Source: Marsupella aquatica (lineage: Eukaryota; Plantae; Marchantiophyta). Taken from it: a stretch of DNA of 64,000 nucleotides. Positions 22,067 to 35,443 of this stretch are shown here, in pieces. The notes beneath the pieces were generated by a model that saw only the letters and a list, made by a program, of their open reading frames with translations, did not search any database and was not told where the DNA came from. The stretch spans positions 3,434,944-3,498,943 of the forward strand of contig OZ316894.1 in NCBI GenBank assembly GCA_973895155.1, read 5' to 3'. Numbering within the stretch: position 1 is the first letter of the stretch; each line of letters begins with the position of its first letter. Position numbers and translations under genes: made by a program.

Positions 22067-25000
22067 CTACTTGCACTACAACTGCAAAACCTGCAAAGTA
22101 GCACGGTGTCTTGAGAAACTCTCCAAAGGAATCACTTTGGTAAAGGCATCAGGGGGATTGAGCTTTCCATCAATCTTGACTAGCTCAAAAGTTTTATCAG
22201 ACACTACTTGCCTGATAAAATGGTACCTGATATCAATGTGCTTCACCCTGCTATCCATCACCTGGTTAGCAGCCAAGTGAAGAGCACTCTAACTATCACA
22301 ATTTAGAGTCATTTTGCCACGCTCTAAACCCATCTCCGCGATCAACTTATCCAACCAAATTGCTTCCTTTGCTGCTTCTGCTGCTGCAACATACTCTGCT
22401 TCTGTAGTAAACTGAGAAATGCACTTCTGCAAGGTAGATTTCCAACTAATACATCCTCCTCCAAGAGTGTATACAAACCCAGTTGTAGACCTCCTTGTAT
22501 CCAGACAGCCTCCATAGTCAGAATCTACATAGTCAACTAACGTTCTATCTGATCTATTATCAAATAGTAATCCATAGTCCTGTGTGTCCCCTCACATACC
22601 TGAGAATCCATTTCACAGCTTCCCAATGTACCTTCCTTGGATTTGACATGAATCTGCTGACCTTGCCCATCGTTAGGGCCAAGTCAGGCCTAGTACAAGT
22701 CATCAAATACATGAGACTGCCTACTGCCTTCTCATAAGGAATCTTAGCCATCGGACCTTTCTCCACAGCATCCGTAGGAGAGAAAGTCGATGATAACTTG
22801 AAATGTGAAGCTAAAGGAATACTCACTGGCTTCCAATTTTCCATGTTGAATCGTGCAAGTACTTTCCTCGCATACTGGCCTTGACTCAAGCACAACTGTC
22901 CAGTATCAGAGTTCCTAAAAATCTCCGTCCCTAAGATCCTCTTGGCCTTACCAAGATCCTTCATCCTGAATTCAGCACTCAATTTTGCCTTGAGACTGTC
23001 AACCTCAGATTGATCTTTAGCCACAATCAGCATGTCATCCACATAGATCACCAGAATGATGAAACCAAATACATCATTCTTGATTGATTTCGTATACACA
23101 CAAGGATCATACACCATCCTTGTAAAACCTTGAGCAAGCATGAAATCATCAAACCGCTTGTTCCACTGTCTGGGAGACTGCTTCAATCCATACAAGGATT
23201 TGAGCAATTTGAAAACTAAGTTCTCTTGGCCCTTCTTCATAAAGCCTAGTGGTTGTCTCATGAAGATCAACTCTTCCATGTTGCCATAGAAAAAAGCAGT
23301 AACAACATCCATCTGATCCATCACCAGACCAAAAAACACAACAAGCTGACACAAGATCCAAATTGTGGAATACTTAGCCACCGGTGAAAAGACCTCATTG
23401 TAATCCACTCCTTTCTCTTGAGTGAATTCCTTGGCAACAAACCTTGCCTTGTAGATCTTATCACCACCCTCTGAAGGACTGTCCTTCAACTTGTAAATCC
23501 ACTTGCTGTCCACCACTTGCTGACCTCTTGGAAGCTCCACCAACTCCCATGTTTTGTTGTCACTCAAAGATTGCAACTCCCTTTGCATCCTTTGCATTGC
23601 TGCATTCACTCATGCTTCTGCTCTGAAGCACAAGCCTCACTGTACAAAGAAGGCTCTCCTTCTTCCAAGATCAAAGCCATGTCATCATCATCAGGTGCAA
23701 TGTCAATATCATCTAGCTTAGATGAGTCTGCCCATTGACCATACTTGGTAGGAGCTCTAGTAGAACGACTGGAAGTTCTTCTAGTAGATGACTCAGGCTG
23801 ATCTGCTGCTGCTGCTGGTTGAATTTGAGGTATCCAGCAACAATATGCTCCTCTTGTTCCATCACAGGAACCAGCTCCAAGCCCGGAGCTTCTCCATCTC
23901 TCCTGTAATGAACATCATCATGACTAATCTCCCCCTCAACCCGGTCCGGGATGAGAGATTTCCCCCTTTCAGTATGGGAGTCCTGAGAACTCTCCCCCTC
24001 CTTTGATGATCTGGATTCATTAAAGAACACATCTCTACTGACAATTAGCTTATAGGTTATTGGATCCCATAACCTATAACTCTTTACACCTTTCTGATAG
24101 CCAAGGAAAATGCACTTCTTCGACTTGGACTCCAGCTTGGATCGAAGCTGGGAAGATGTAAGCATAAGCTGTAGTGTTGACAGCTTCAGCCCAAAACTCA
24201 CGTGGTAAGCATGATTGACTCAACATACTCCTCGAGCAGTCCAATAGTGTTCGGTTGAGTCTCTCAGAAACACCATTCTGCTGAGGGGTATAACTTGTTG
24301 TGAGATGGCGGGTAATCCCCTGCTCCTTACAATACGTTCCAAATTCCATGGAACTGTATTCACCACCGTTATCCGATCAAAGATATCTCACCTTATTATC
24401 AGTCTGATTCTCAACTTGGGCTTTTCACTCCTTAAAAGCGGCAAAAACATCAGACTTATTGTGTAGAAAGTATTTCCACACATACCTTGAGTAATCGTCA
24501 ATGAACGTGACATAGTATAACCGTCCAGAATGTGAGGGAGTAGGGGCTGGACCCCACACATCACTATGTACATACTCAAGTACCTCCTTGCTGGTGTGAG
24601 TTTCAACTCCGAAGGGTTTCCTGTATTGCTTCCCTAGCACACAGTGCTTACAAAATTCCAACTTACAAGATAGCAAATTAGAAAGTAATCCTTTCTTCTG
24701 AAGAATAGCCAAACCTTTTTCACTCATGTGGCCCAAACGAAGTGCCACAGCCGGACCATTCCTCATGAGATAAGGTTACATTGGCTTCATCACAAACTAC
24801 ACTGCCCTCCAAAACGTATAGATTGCTATGTCTGTTTCCCTTCAATACAACTTTAGTACCAGTTGAAACCTGAAGGACACCATTAGCAGAGCTCCACTGA
24901 TGGCCATTTGCTTCTAAAACTCCAAGTGAAATGAAATTTTTCATCATGCTGGGAATATGTCTCACATTCCTCAACGTTCTTACAGCACCATCAAACATCT

Positions 25001-26243
25001 GAAATCTTACAGATCCAAGTCCAACAACTTGACATGGGATTCCATTACCCATCAACACTGACCTGTTGGAAACCGTGTAAGAACTGAAAAAATCTCTCCT
25101 AGAGCAAATGTGAAAAGTACATGCACCATCTAGAATCCAGTCATCACTACCTGGATTTGACACTACGTTGAGAGCATAACTTTGGCATCACAATATGTCA
25201 TCATCATCGAGTAAATCTACCTTATGCGAGCTCGATGCCGCGTTAGCAGATGTAGTAGGGACCTTTACTCGACAATCCCTTTTCATGTGGCCAGACTTGC
25301 CACAATTCCAACATGCAAGAGGCTTCCTCTCTTACGATTTCCCTCTAGATTTAGATCTCCCCCGTGATGTAGATCTATACCTGTTATGCTCATTCGTGCG
25401 CTGCGCTGCTCTTCCCCTGTTCACATTGAGCGCAGTGCCAGAAGAAGATGTTGTCTGTGATTGACCCAGCTTCTTATGAGCATCATCAGATAGTAAAGAG
25501 CTCACCGCCTCATTATATGAAATGGACTTCAGATCTCTATACAAGAGCACTTGTTTCAAGCCCTGATATGACGGCGGTAAGGAGCTTAGCAGAAGTAAGG
25601 CCTTATCCTCATCTTCAACTCCTTTTCCCAGGTTTGACAGATCCACTGCTAGACTGTCAAACTCATCCAGGTGATCCTGCATCTTGCTCCTTTCCTTGAG
25701 CCTGAGGCTCATCAAGAGAGACTTCTTGTACAACCGGTCTGACGCATCTTCCCGGTAGTACTTCTCTCTTAGAGCCTTGAACAGTGACGCGCAATCCGCA
25801 TAATCATCCAGCTGCTTGATGATGTGCGGCTTGAGATAAAGCATCACTGCATTGACAACAATCACTTGCTCCTGTCTCCATTGTCTCACAGAAATCTCCT
25901 CCTCTCCATCATACTGTTCTCGTGATGAAAGCAGATGAGCTAAGCCCATGGCCCGTAGAACACCCTTCACTTGCTTCTCCCAGAGCAAGTAATCAGTACG
26001 ACCATCGTACTTCTCCACCTCAAACTTCACTCCTCCAAATCTAGCCATCTCCCTCTTCTTTCCCACTACCGACAGCTTTGGTAGTAACACAGCTTCCTCC
26101 ACTGCACGCCGCACCGGTGATCGTACCGGTGTCACTAGTTCTTCCTCAAACGGTAGCAGCTCCTCCTCAGACTCTCCGTCTAACCGTCATGATCCTGAAG
26201 CTCCACCGACACCAATTCTTCCAGTATCCTCCGAGTCACTCAT
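22067..26243 (-). pseudogene. Degenerate gag-pol of element 2
   Basis: ATG 26243 (MSDSED..), KYDGRTDYLLW, CWNCGKSGHMKRDC, WILDGACTFH, HSDVWGP, TPQQNG, YVDDML, KHIDIRYHF. Several nonsense codons, frameshifts and a deletion in IN. Confidence 0.95.
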
Positions 26244-27932
26244 ATGAAACAATCACGAAAAAATGTCTTTTTTTTTAACTTCTCATAAAACTCAAAACTC
26301 AACACCGCCGTGTAGCCCACGAAGCTAGGAGTCCAATACTGAAAGCCGAAATCAAAAATGAAATTCGACAGAAAAGTTATTCAAATTTCGGTCGGGTGGG
26401 TAAAACCTTGGGAAACTCCCCCGTTTTGACCACCTCGGAGAATAACCAAAATACCAAGTACAACCCGTCGTCGGAATCGCGATGTGATTGGTGCGCCGCA
26501 TTGCTAACTCCAGTGGCAACGTCCTCACCAAAAAAGAACCCAAAAAGTTACCATTTAGCGGACGGAATCTTTGTCGGACGACTGGAAAACAACTCTCTGT
26601 TTTTTGGGAATATTCCCGCACAGTCCTACAGGTCTCACAGGGGGCCGTTCCCCCTGTCGAAGCGGTTAAAACGGAGGGTCACCGGTCCCGGGATAGCCAA
26701 TTAAAAGAGCAGGGAAGAAAAGACCAAAAAATGGCCTTAAAAGGGGGTGTTAAAGCCCTTTTAAACAGAAATACGCCCAAAACGCGCAAACAGAAAAAGA
26801 GGCGGGCCAGGAAGTATACGCAAGTCAGGCCGGGCATTTACAAGGCGTATGGCCGGGAGGCACAAGGGGGCGGAGCGCAAAGGTAAGGGGCAGCCGCGAT
26901 GGGCCGCCAACTGCCTAGCAGGGTGAGAACGGGGGCACGGGGGCGAGGCAGCGAGCCCCGGCTTAGGTTAGGGCTCGCAAGAAAAAAGGGCCGTAACGAG
27001 GCTGTAAGGAGGGCTCTCGCCAGGCGGGGTCGGGGTCGTAAGGTCCGGCCGGAGCAAGGGCGACCGGGGGCGCGGGAGCAAGGTGCGGGCGGCCTGCAGC
27101 TGCCGGGCGACAGAAAAAGCACCGGCCGGCGCTGCGTAGAAGGCCGCGGAGGGAGTTGGGGGAGTCGGGAGGGTAGCGAGTAAAGGAGGAGTATGAGGGG
27201 GGGGACGGTGTGTGTATACACACACAAGGCCCAAATGACCCCCTTAAAACAAAAAATTTACCCTAAAGCAAATAAATCCGAGTTCTCACCTGACCAGCCG
27301 CCGTTTCCAATGAGTAAACAACGAGTTACCGACGGGATATGTTGCCAAATCACACCGGCACCGTCTGCAACTCCAGTACTGTAAAAACTTCCGCTGTGTC
27401 GCCTTCACTCTGCGTCAAGTGCCAATCCCGGGCTCAAAACGACCACCTCGCCGCGATCAAACCATTAGCCGTAGCACTTCGCATCTCTTCCACTGAGTCG
27501 GACGTCACGAAGAGAAACCCGGTTCAGATGTGAACAAGCTCCATAGCTTGTGAAAAAACCTGAACGCCTCCTTCACTCGTCACGTCGCACTCGGTAACAA
27601 CTCGGCAGCAATCCAACTACCAAAACGACCAGCTCGCATCAACCTTCAACTTAAGCTATAATGTGCGATCCCTCCCGCATCGCACAGCTCACACCGTTGA
27701 AAAAAGTGAACTCTGGTCTCTCTCCCGAAATACCGTTGAACACGAATAAACCCTGAATGATGCAAACTTCGATTCCTCCCCACCACGGATACCGATCAGC
27801 AAATTCTAACCACCGTTATAAAGCCCGCTCAGCCACACACATTCAAGTTTCATGCGACGAAACTCCGAATGTGCCACCGACAATGAACGCTGGAAAAAAC
27901 CTGTCATGAAAACCTCGTCACCTCCCAGGCAT

Positions 27933-27944
27933 GCTCTGATACCA
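27933..27944 (-). promoter_or_regulatory. Primer binding site (initiator tRNA-Met), element 2
   Basis: Plus-strand GCTCTGATACCA = TGGTATCAGAGC on minus. Confidence 0.95.
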
Positions 27945-27946
27945 CT

Positions 27947-28290
27947 TTTTGAGCATAGACGACATTCGTAACGGCAAGCCCATGAACCATCCAACGCACA
28001 ATAGTCGACACAGAGAGATACGTGGTTCACCTCCACATGAGGCTACGTCCACGGGAACACATAAGAGCTTTACTACACTCTAGGCCGAACGGCCATACCA
28101 AGCATCCACAGCACAAGCTCTCCCTATCTCTCAACTAGCTCCGTAACAATGAGCCTAAGTTCCACCAGGGTCTGGCATCAGCCCTGGCTATATACACAAC
28201 AGCACTACCGCTAACATTAGCTAAGTCCTAACCCGTGTTAGTCTAACTGTAGTTAGCTCATGAGTCACAAGACTAGAGCAATATCTAACA
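27947..28290 (-). repeat. 5' LTR of element 2 (inner terminal CA mutated to AA)
   Basis: Begins TTTTGAGC on plus versus TGTTGAGC in the other LTR. Confidence 0.95.
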
Positions 28291-28823
28291 AAGGGCAGCT
28301 TGGGCAAGTATTTATTTCAGATGGTGTGTATGCATGGATAAATCTGACAGTGTCATAATAACAATGTTTTTTATTAAGGGTTAGGATTGGTTTCCATTTT
28401 ATGAGTTTGTCAACCTACCATCCCATCTTTTTGACACTCCTTGTACAGGAAAGGAATTAACCGGCCCTCTCTAGCATCTTGTGTACTTGATTGACCACAA
28501 AGATGGATTGAGGATTTATCAGGCGCCTTGGATAGTACTCCGTCCAAAATCCCAAAAAATACAATTACTCCACAGTATTCCAAAAAATAGAGTAATTCTG
28601 CAGTTATCGCCGTGGGGTGACTAAATGAATTTTGATAAACCCCAACATTTACTATTCATGTTCAAAGAACTAGTATTCGGCTAGCGCCCCATAAGGATTA
28701 CACATCCAAATTAATACAAATTAATCCCAAGACCGCCTTGATTTAGGGGCTACAGCAGTGAGTTTTTAAGGATTAGAAATACAAATTAAGCACAAGATGG
28801 CCTTGATTTGGGGGCTAGTGACC

Positions 28824-28965
28824 AGAGATGTACTTGATGGACCCCTGAATTGAAATGTGACCCCATGAGCTTTTGGGTACATTGATGTGAGATCAATCAG
28901 TCTGGATCACTAATGGGTCCATCAGGTAACACTTTGCATTTTGCGGGTCCATCAAGTATCTCTCT
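28824..28965. mobile_element. MITE (about 142 bp), TIR family related to 15240-15416
   Basis: TIRs AGAGATGTACTTGATGGACCC / GGGTCCATCAAGTATCTCTCT (19/21 match); GCTAGTGA near both flanks. Confidence 0.75.
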
Positions 28966-29369
28966 TGCTAGTGAAAGTGTAAGGATTAGAAATCTTACTT
29001 ACAAAGCACCAACTACAAGCTAGAGTTGTGGCCTAGGCTTCTAGAATGAAGCCTCTAGACCATAACTCCATGGCTCATCAAGTGGATAGAAAAACACATG
29101 ACTATGATGTAGGTCAAACTATAAGTATGCATGCTTTTTGTCATGGCTTTTATTTACATTAAAAAATGGGCTCTATGGCCTCACCATAACATATGATTGT
29201 GCAAAGTAAGAGTGATGTGCATAGAAAAGAGTATCATATTTTATGTATGATAAATTTTAAATCATTTCATTAACCTTCAAAGATAAAGACTATGAATAAC
29301 CAATATATGTTGGGGACATTTTTATTGTCCTCCTACAGTAGCTATTCACGCTCAAGAATGGGAAGTTGA

Positions 29370-29570
29370 GGCTAGTGCAAATTAATCACAAGACGTTCAA
29401 AGAATTGGTTAGTCAGGGCTAGTACAAATAAATACAAATTAATCACAAGACGTTCAAAGAATTGGTTAGTCAGGGCTACAGTAGTACAAATTAATACAAA
29501 TTAATCACAAGACGTTCAAAGAATTGGTTAGTCAGGGCTAGTACAAATTAATACAAATTAATCACAAGAC
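29370..29570. repeat. Tandem repeat, about 58-63 bp unit, about 3.5 copies
   Basis: (AATACA)AATTAATCACAAGACGTTCAAAGAATTGGTTAGTCAGGGCTAGTAC repeated; diverged relatives at about 28708-28820. Confidence 0.9.
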
Positions 29571-30178
29571 GGGTAACGTCTGGGTACTGTACAAAGTGTG
29601 GGGGCCGTAGATCGTGGTCTGGCAGGCAGGAGGTGGGGGCCGGGGAAGGGGGGAAGGGGGGGGGGGGGGGCAGGCGGGTGGAGGGGCAAGGCCTTGCCAG
29701 GCAGCCCCAGCCAGGCAGCGAGGGAGGCCTGGAGGAGGACAGAGGCAGACAGCAAGCAAGCAGCGCAACGGGAAACAAAGGACCGGCGAAGGCGTCGCTC
29801 TCGGAGTACGAGCAGCAACCGGAACAAATGGTTTGGCAACTTCTCACAGTTTCGCAGCCACTTTACAGTATTATACTATACCCATTCAATGGGAAGGAAG
29901 CTACTTGATGAGTAGAGTCCAGTCCCGTCCAGTCGTCCAGAGCTGAAGGGTACTCGTGTACAGCGCTTGAACAGGAGTAAGAAGGAATTGAAGTCGATCA
30001 AGGAAGTGGATTGAAGCTTCCCTCATTTATTGTGTTCTCCGAGATTCTAGGAAACTGGTCTGCTACAGGACTGTTTTTCATTACATCTCCAGTCCTCCAC
30101 TGCACGCTTTCAAGTTCCACGTTGGACGCTTTCGGAAGGGGAGCTCATTCTATCTGGGGAGGGAGAGGGTCCTGAGTG

Positions 30179-30262
30179 TGAGCTGATGCACTTGAGGTGA
30201 GCTGATGCACTTGAGGTGAGCTGATGAGGTGCGCTGAAGCTCCTGAGGTGAAGTGAGCTGAG
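30179..30262. repeat. Short tandem repeat GAGCTGATGCACTTGAGGT (19 bp), 2 exact + degenerate copies
   Basis: Direct reading. Confidence 0.8.
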
Positions 30263-32045
30263 TTGCTCCCATTATTTTTTGTCTTGAACATGCAACTTCA
30301 TTATCATAGTTTCTCTCATTATTGCAACTGTAGTGATGAGAAGCAGAGACTACCCATTCTGCCAATCGAAGCGCTGTGAGTGGAAAGTAAAAGCTGTGAA
30401 GCACTTTTCTGTCCGTCTGGGAGTTGTAAACTGAACTGGGTGTCTGACCAATGGACCATCCCCAGAATAGGAAGGGGATATAAACCGATGCGGCCCTTGT
30501 CTCGTGGTCCTGCAATCAATCTCGCCTTCGTGTGGCAGATTGGCGGCTGCTGGAAACTTAAAAGTACTGGAGCTCTACTGAGCTCCTTGGCTGAGCTACT
30601 TGGCCAATAATAAACCATCGACGGTTTAGGAACCCACCCTTGCATTTGGATATTGCATTGGACTGTGCACCCACTTACTCTCTCCCCCAACACCACAGCT
30701 CCTCTCACGGTCTGCGCCTTCTCTCGCGCTCTCTAGCGCTGCTAATCTCAGCTCATCATTGTTTCGAAGTGAAGGTGTGGGTGTTTGTTTTGTCTCTACT
30801 CGACAGTGTGCATCACTTTCCTCTTCTCTCTTATGCTGTTTCTTCGTTTCCACCATGACTGTTCGAACTGCAAGCTTGCATAATAGCTGTAGCGACATTT
30901 AGTAGATTGCTGACACACTGCTAATGTGCACCTGCAACCGTTCACATCGAGAGAGTGTTGTCAGCTCCTGTGCTTTGCTCTTGTTAGCCGCTTCCTTCTT
31001 GATAAGCCGGCTTTACTGATTAGTTGATTAGTAGCTGCAGATAGGAGTCCACCTGCTGCGAATTGCCAGCTGAGTTGTCGCTCTTCCGTCTTCTGACTTA
31101 TTCCGATCTCTCGCGCTGACTTCCTTCTTAAAACATTTACGTCCACCGTCGTAGCAATACCGTAGCTACTTCATATTGATATCCTGGCGGACTGAGGGTA
31201 ACACTTTATGTGAGGGACCTGTTCCTTCTGCTTACGCATTTGCTTCATCGAGAAGCTCCGCTCTGCTATCACTCCTGCACCACTGCTGTAGATTGGCACC
31301 CAAGTGGACCGAAGTGGAACTTGAGGTATAAGCACTGCGAGTACTCAAGTTGGTGACAGAGTTGTCCCGCTGATTTTGCCACGACATTGATGTTTGTTGA
31401 GCTTCCTCGTTGTTGTCTTTCCCGGGGCAGGTTTCCTCATAATTCGTTAAGATCACTTTCCATTCCTTGATTTAGACGTGCTCCCTAATTTGCTCTCCTT
31501 TTTGAGTAATGTTTCGTGTGCACCGGATTTTTTTTACATTGTTCACGAATCTCCAAAAGGTCAGGAGACTTCGGAGTGCCACTTCTTTTTCTCGCACATG
31601 ATTCCATACATTGGTCATATGTCCATACAGTCCTCAATTCATCAGCCTGGGTGCCAGAGCGGTTGTGTCAGAGGGAACTGCTCCTTTACGCCTGTCGTCC
31701 TGGAATGAGCGTTTCCATCGTCCTCTCCTTTTGTGATTGACAACGGCATTGCCTTCTCTGTTAGATCGCCAAAGAGATCAGCTTTTCTAAAAACTCGTTT
31801 TGTTGTACTGCAGACATTTGCGACACCGTTCTCTGGTAGCCAAAGTGCATTGTTTCGAGAATCTCTAAATTTGGAGTGGCCGTGAGAGAGGTCAGAGTAT
31901 CACCTCGGAGCGTCTTCCTGCAGAGCCGCCGCATTTTGGATACATTTTGTCGATGCGAGTAGAATCGGCCATGCACAGATAGCAGCGGGGCACTGGGAGG
32001 CAGGAGAACTGCAGTCCGAGGTTTCCTTAACGAAGGGCATTTTCC

Positions 32046-35000
32046 ATGGATTGGGGCTTCAGGAGATTCTTTTGTCTCTTTGCTCTAGATGCGCTTCTCT
32101 TCATCCATTGTACCCGACCGGCGGGTAAGTCTCAAGAGACATTCCTGCAAGTACCGGCAATTCTGGTGCCAGAGAGCTGAATGTCTTTGTACTGCATTTC
32201 TAGTAAACTTGCCTGCTTTGAATGTCTATTATATTTATGGGGTGCGTTTGTGGGCCTTTGCTATCATTCTCTCGCTTCAGCTGCAAATGCTAGTGGAATA
32301 CTCTATCTCTGCTCGAAGACAGTGGAATACTCTACCATACAGAATACTTTATTTAGAATTCTTTAAGGGCAACATATTTTTTGAACCCGGACTCAAAATC
32401 TAGGATCCGGAATTGGTATCTTACTCAGCCTCATGGGAAGTGGAGAAGTGTGAGAACTCATCTTTCGAGGCCAACTCAAAATTTCAGCCTTAGGACTGAG
32501 AGCTCACTAGCCCCACGGTAAATGGATATTTAAACAGAACCCAACAATCTTTCCAAGGTCACCGATACTCAATTACTAGCAATAGTCAAGGCTGTTCCCC
32601 ATTATAACGGATAGGGATTCGATTGAAGGTTCATCTGGATCTCAAAACCAATCTCACGCACGGGATCTTGTTCTCAGGGAGGTGTCTCATCAATGACGGT
32701 GGTAAATCCACGGAAAGGATTCCGACTTTATTCTAATCCAGCACTAGCTTATGCTCAAGCGTTAACCTCTTGCAAACCCCTGTACGGTTCCTCCGAGTTC
32801 TCATGAGTTTCAGGATTGTGGTTGTTGTCTGGGTAGAAGGTAACCTTTATGACTTAGTTTATTCGCCTTCAAATTCTCAGTGTGGTTTGGTGGATGCTTG
32901 GTTGATGTGCAGGTGCCACTATTGGAGTGGTTTACGGAAGCCAAGGAGACAACCTTCCTCTTTCCTCGCAAGTAGTGTCGCTCCTAACGAACAATTTCGT
33001 CACCCAAGTGAGGATCTACGACACAAGCCCAAACATTCTGAAGGCATTCGTTGGGTCCAACATACGAGTAACTGTGGGTGTCAAGAACTCTGAACTCGCC
33101 ACGGTGGGAGCGTCCAACGCCAGTGCCGCTGCCTGGGTGACCACGAATGTCATCCCCTTCGCCACCGCAGTGAACATCACCACCATTGCCGTTGGAGATG
33201 AGGTCTTGACGATGGACCCGGGCTTCTCCTCCAACCTCGCCCAGACCATGATCTGGATTCAGTCCGCTCTCATATCCCATGGCTTCGCCCAGGCCATCAA
33301 AGTCTCCACCCCTTTCAGCATGAATTATCTGCAGAATTCCTTCCCCCCATCTAAGTCCACTTTTAACCAAACAATGCTCCCGTACATCACCAGCATACTC
33401 CAGTTCATCAACGCTACAGGTTCCTATGTCATGATGAACATCGACACCTTCGGAGCCTTTCAGGCCAACTCTGCAGCACTCACTCTCCAGTATGCTCTCT
33501 TCCAACCCGACAAACTCGTAGTGGATGCGTACTCCAATTTGGCATACAAAAGTCTGTTCGATGCGCTTTTGGACTCCGCCTATGCGGCCGTGACAGCAGC
33601 CGGATTTGGCCAGTTGAGCATTGTTGTGAGTGAGACGGGCTGGCCTTCTAGTGGAGATTCAAACGAGAACGGTGCCAATGTGACCAATGCTCAGATTTAC
33701 AACTCCAACCTCGTTGCACATGTGAACAACATCTCCTCACCTGGGACACCGGCTAAGCCCTTGATTCCCATCACTGCATATGTGTATGAGCTTTTCAACG
33801 AAGACTTACTGACGGGGCCGACCTCAAACCGGTATTATGGGCTGTTCCAGTTCAATCTCACCCCTACTTACAATGTGGATCTCACCGGGCGAGGGAGGTC
33901 GTTGACGTCTAACGGGACTCAGTACGTGACGTGGTGTGTGGCGAATGCGGCTGCCACCCTACAGGCATTGCAATCGGCGCTGGATTGGGCATGTAGTCTT
34001 GGACAGGTGAACTGTGCGGCTACCCAACTGGGTGGAGCGTGTTATAACCCCAACACCCTCCCAAGCCACGCCTCTTGGGTTTTCAACGCGTACTACCAAT
34101 CTGTTAGCAATTCTCCTGGTTCCTGTGACTTCAGTGGTGCTGCGCAGGTTGTCAGCTACAATCCAAGTAAATATCTCTCGCTGTTTCTCTCTCGCTCTCA
34201 TTATCAAATTCATTCGTTCATTCAAGTAATTGCTCGTTCTCCCTGTGTCCAATGGAACGATTGATTCTCTCTCTGACCAGTGGTCTTCAAATCCATCCAT
34301 TGATAATTCTCCCTCTGGCTCTTCTCCCTGCCTGTGCCGTTGCCACTGCTAGTATGCCATTACTTGATTGGATCTTGATAGCACTCAGAATTCAGTTCGA
34401 TGGTTAGTTCTGCTAAATTAGCCTCTGTTCAGGTGGGTTCTGCATCCCTTATTGTGTCGTTTTCTCGGTGTCAACTGTTTACCGGTTACTCTCAATTTCT
34501 ATCTATTATAGGCCTTTAGCCATTCTCCCTTCTAGCGCCACTGGGCTTTGATTTCTTCATTTCTTCCCCTACTGCAATCACTGTGTCACCAAAAGCTTCC
34601 GCATCCTGAATTGATTAAGATCAAGGGGTATGAATGGAGTCTGAGGCATTTTTGTATCATGGAAGTCATATTCCGAAAGTTTTGGTGAACGTTTCATATC
34701 GTAGTACTATAAAAAATTTGGGGCCCTCCCGTTCAATCTTTCTTACTCACCAAGGACATGGAAATGCTGCACTGCGTGGTTTCTCAAATTTTGTCCATTG
34801 TTATTCACATTCGATTTTGACTGCTATTTCCATTTGTCTCCCCCATCCCCACTTTCCTTTGTCTTCTTCTGATGAGTTTCTACTCAATCGGCCTTATTTG
34901 ATAAGTGAATTAAATTCTTGAAACCATAGGCTCGAACAATGATCGAATGATGCCTGGTCGAATTGAGTCCATTCTCAGGCATCATTCCGAGCTGGGGTTG

Positions 35001-35443
35001 CCGTTGTCTAACATGTGAACGACGGACTGATTTTTAATGTTTTAATGGACCTTTTGTGGCGATCTGCAGGCTATGGGTCCTGTATCTTCCAATCCAGGTA
35101 ATCTATCTAACCTTTGGTGACTTGCCCCGTTGACATTTTGTCGTCCACTGTTGGAACGAATGAATTTTCGATTGCTTCACTGTTGGATGATTCACTGACG
35201 AGCATGTAGAGTTCCAGTTTGGATCTTTAGCTTCGTATTGTATAGAAGACTTGCAAGATCGCCGTTTTGATATTCATTTCTTTTTCGATGTACTACAGCA
35301 ATTTGACTACCACTGTTAGCGGGAATACACCTCCAACTAGCCCAAATTCTGCTAGATCAGTACAGCTCGAGACTGGAGTGTTGGGTGGCTGCTTGTTGTT
35401 TCTTTTCATGTTCACCTTCAGACACCTACGTGACCTGCGCTAG
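32046..35443 (+). CDS. Glucan endo-1,3-beta-glucosidase (GH17 + X8/CBM43, signal peptide, GPI-anchor signal), 4 exons
   Basis: Exons 32046-32124 (MDWGFRRFFCLFALDALLFIHCTRPAG), 32913-34166, 35070-35097, 35299-35443; phases fit GT-AG. Motifs IGVVYG, IAVGDE, VVSETGWPS, YELFNED; X8 WCVA..LQSALDWAC..CYNPNT..GSCDF; hydrophobic C-tail. Confidence 0.92.

Larger units (their letters stand above)
21525..28290 (-). mobile_element. Full-length Ty1/copia LTR retrotransposon, element 2 (same lineage as element 1, older)
   Basis: 344-bp LTRs 27947-28290 (5') and 21525-21868 (3'), 9 mismatches counted; TSD AAGGG (21520-21524, 28291-28295); PBS 27933-27944; PPT 21871-21879. Confidence 0.97.

Noticed and set aside
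26838-27234. Stacked Arg/Pro/Gly-rich ORFs (also 29548-29946)
   Set aside because: Expected artefact of very high GC content; no domain features.
32089-32403. ORFs 32089-32403 and 32181-32366 as the GH17 first exon
   Set aside because: A better exon (32046-32124) has a signal peptide, a G|GTAAGT donor and the correct phase; these ORFs are mostly intronic.
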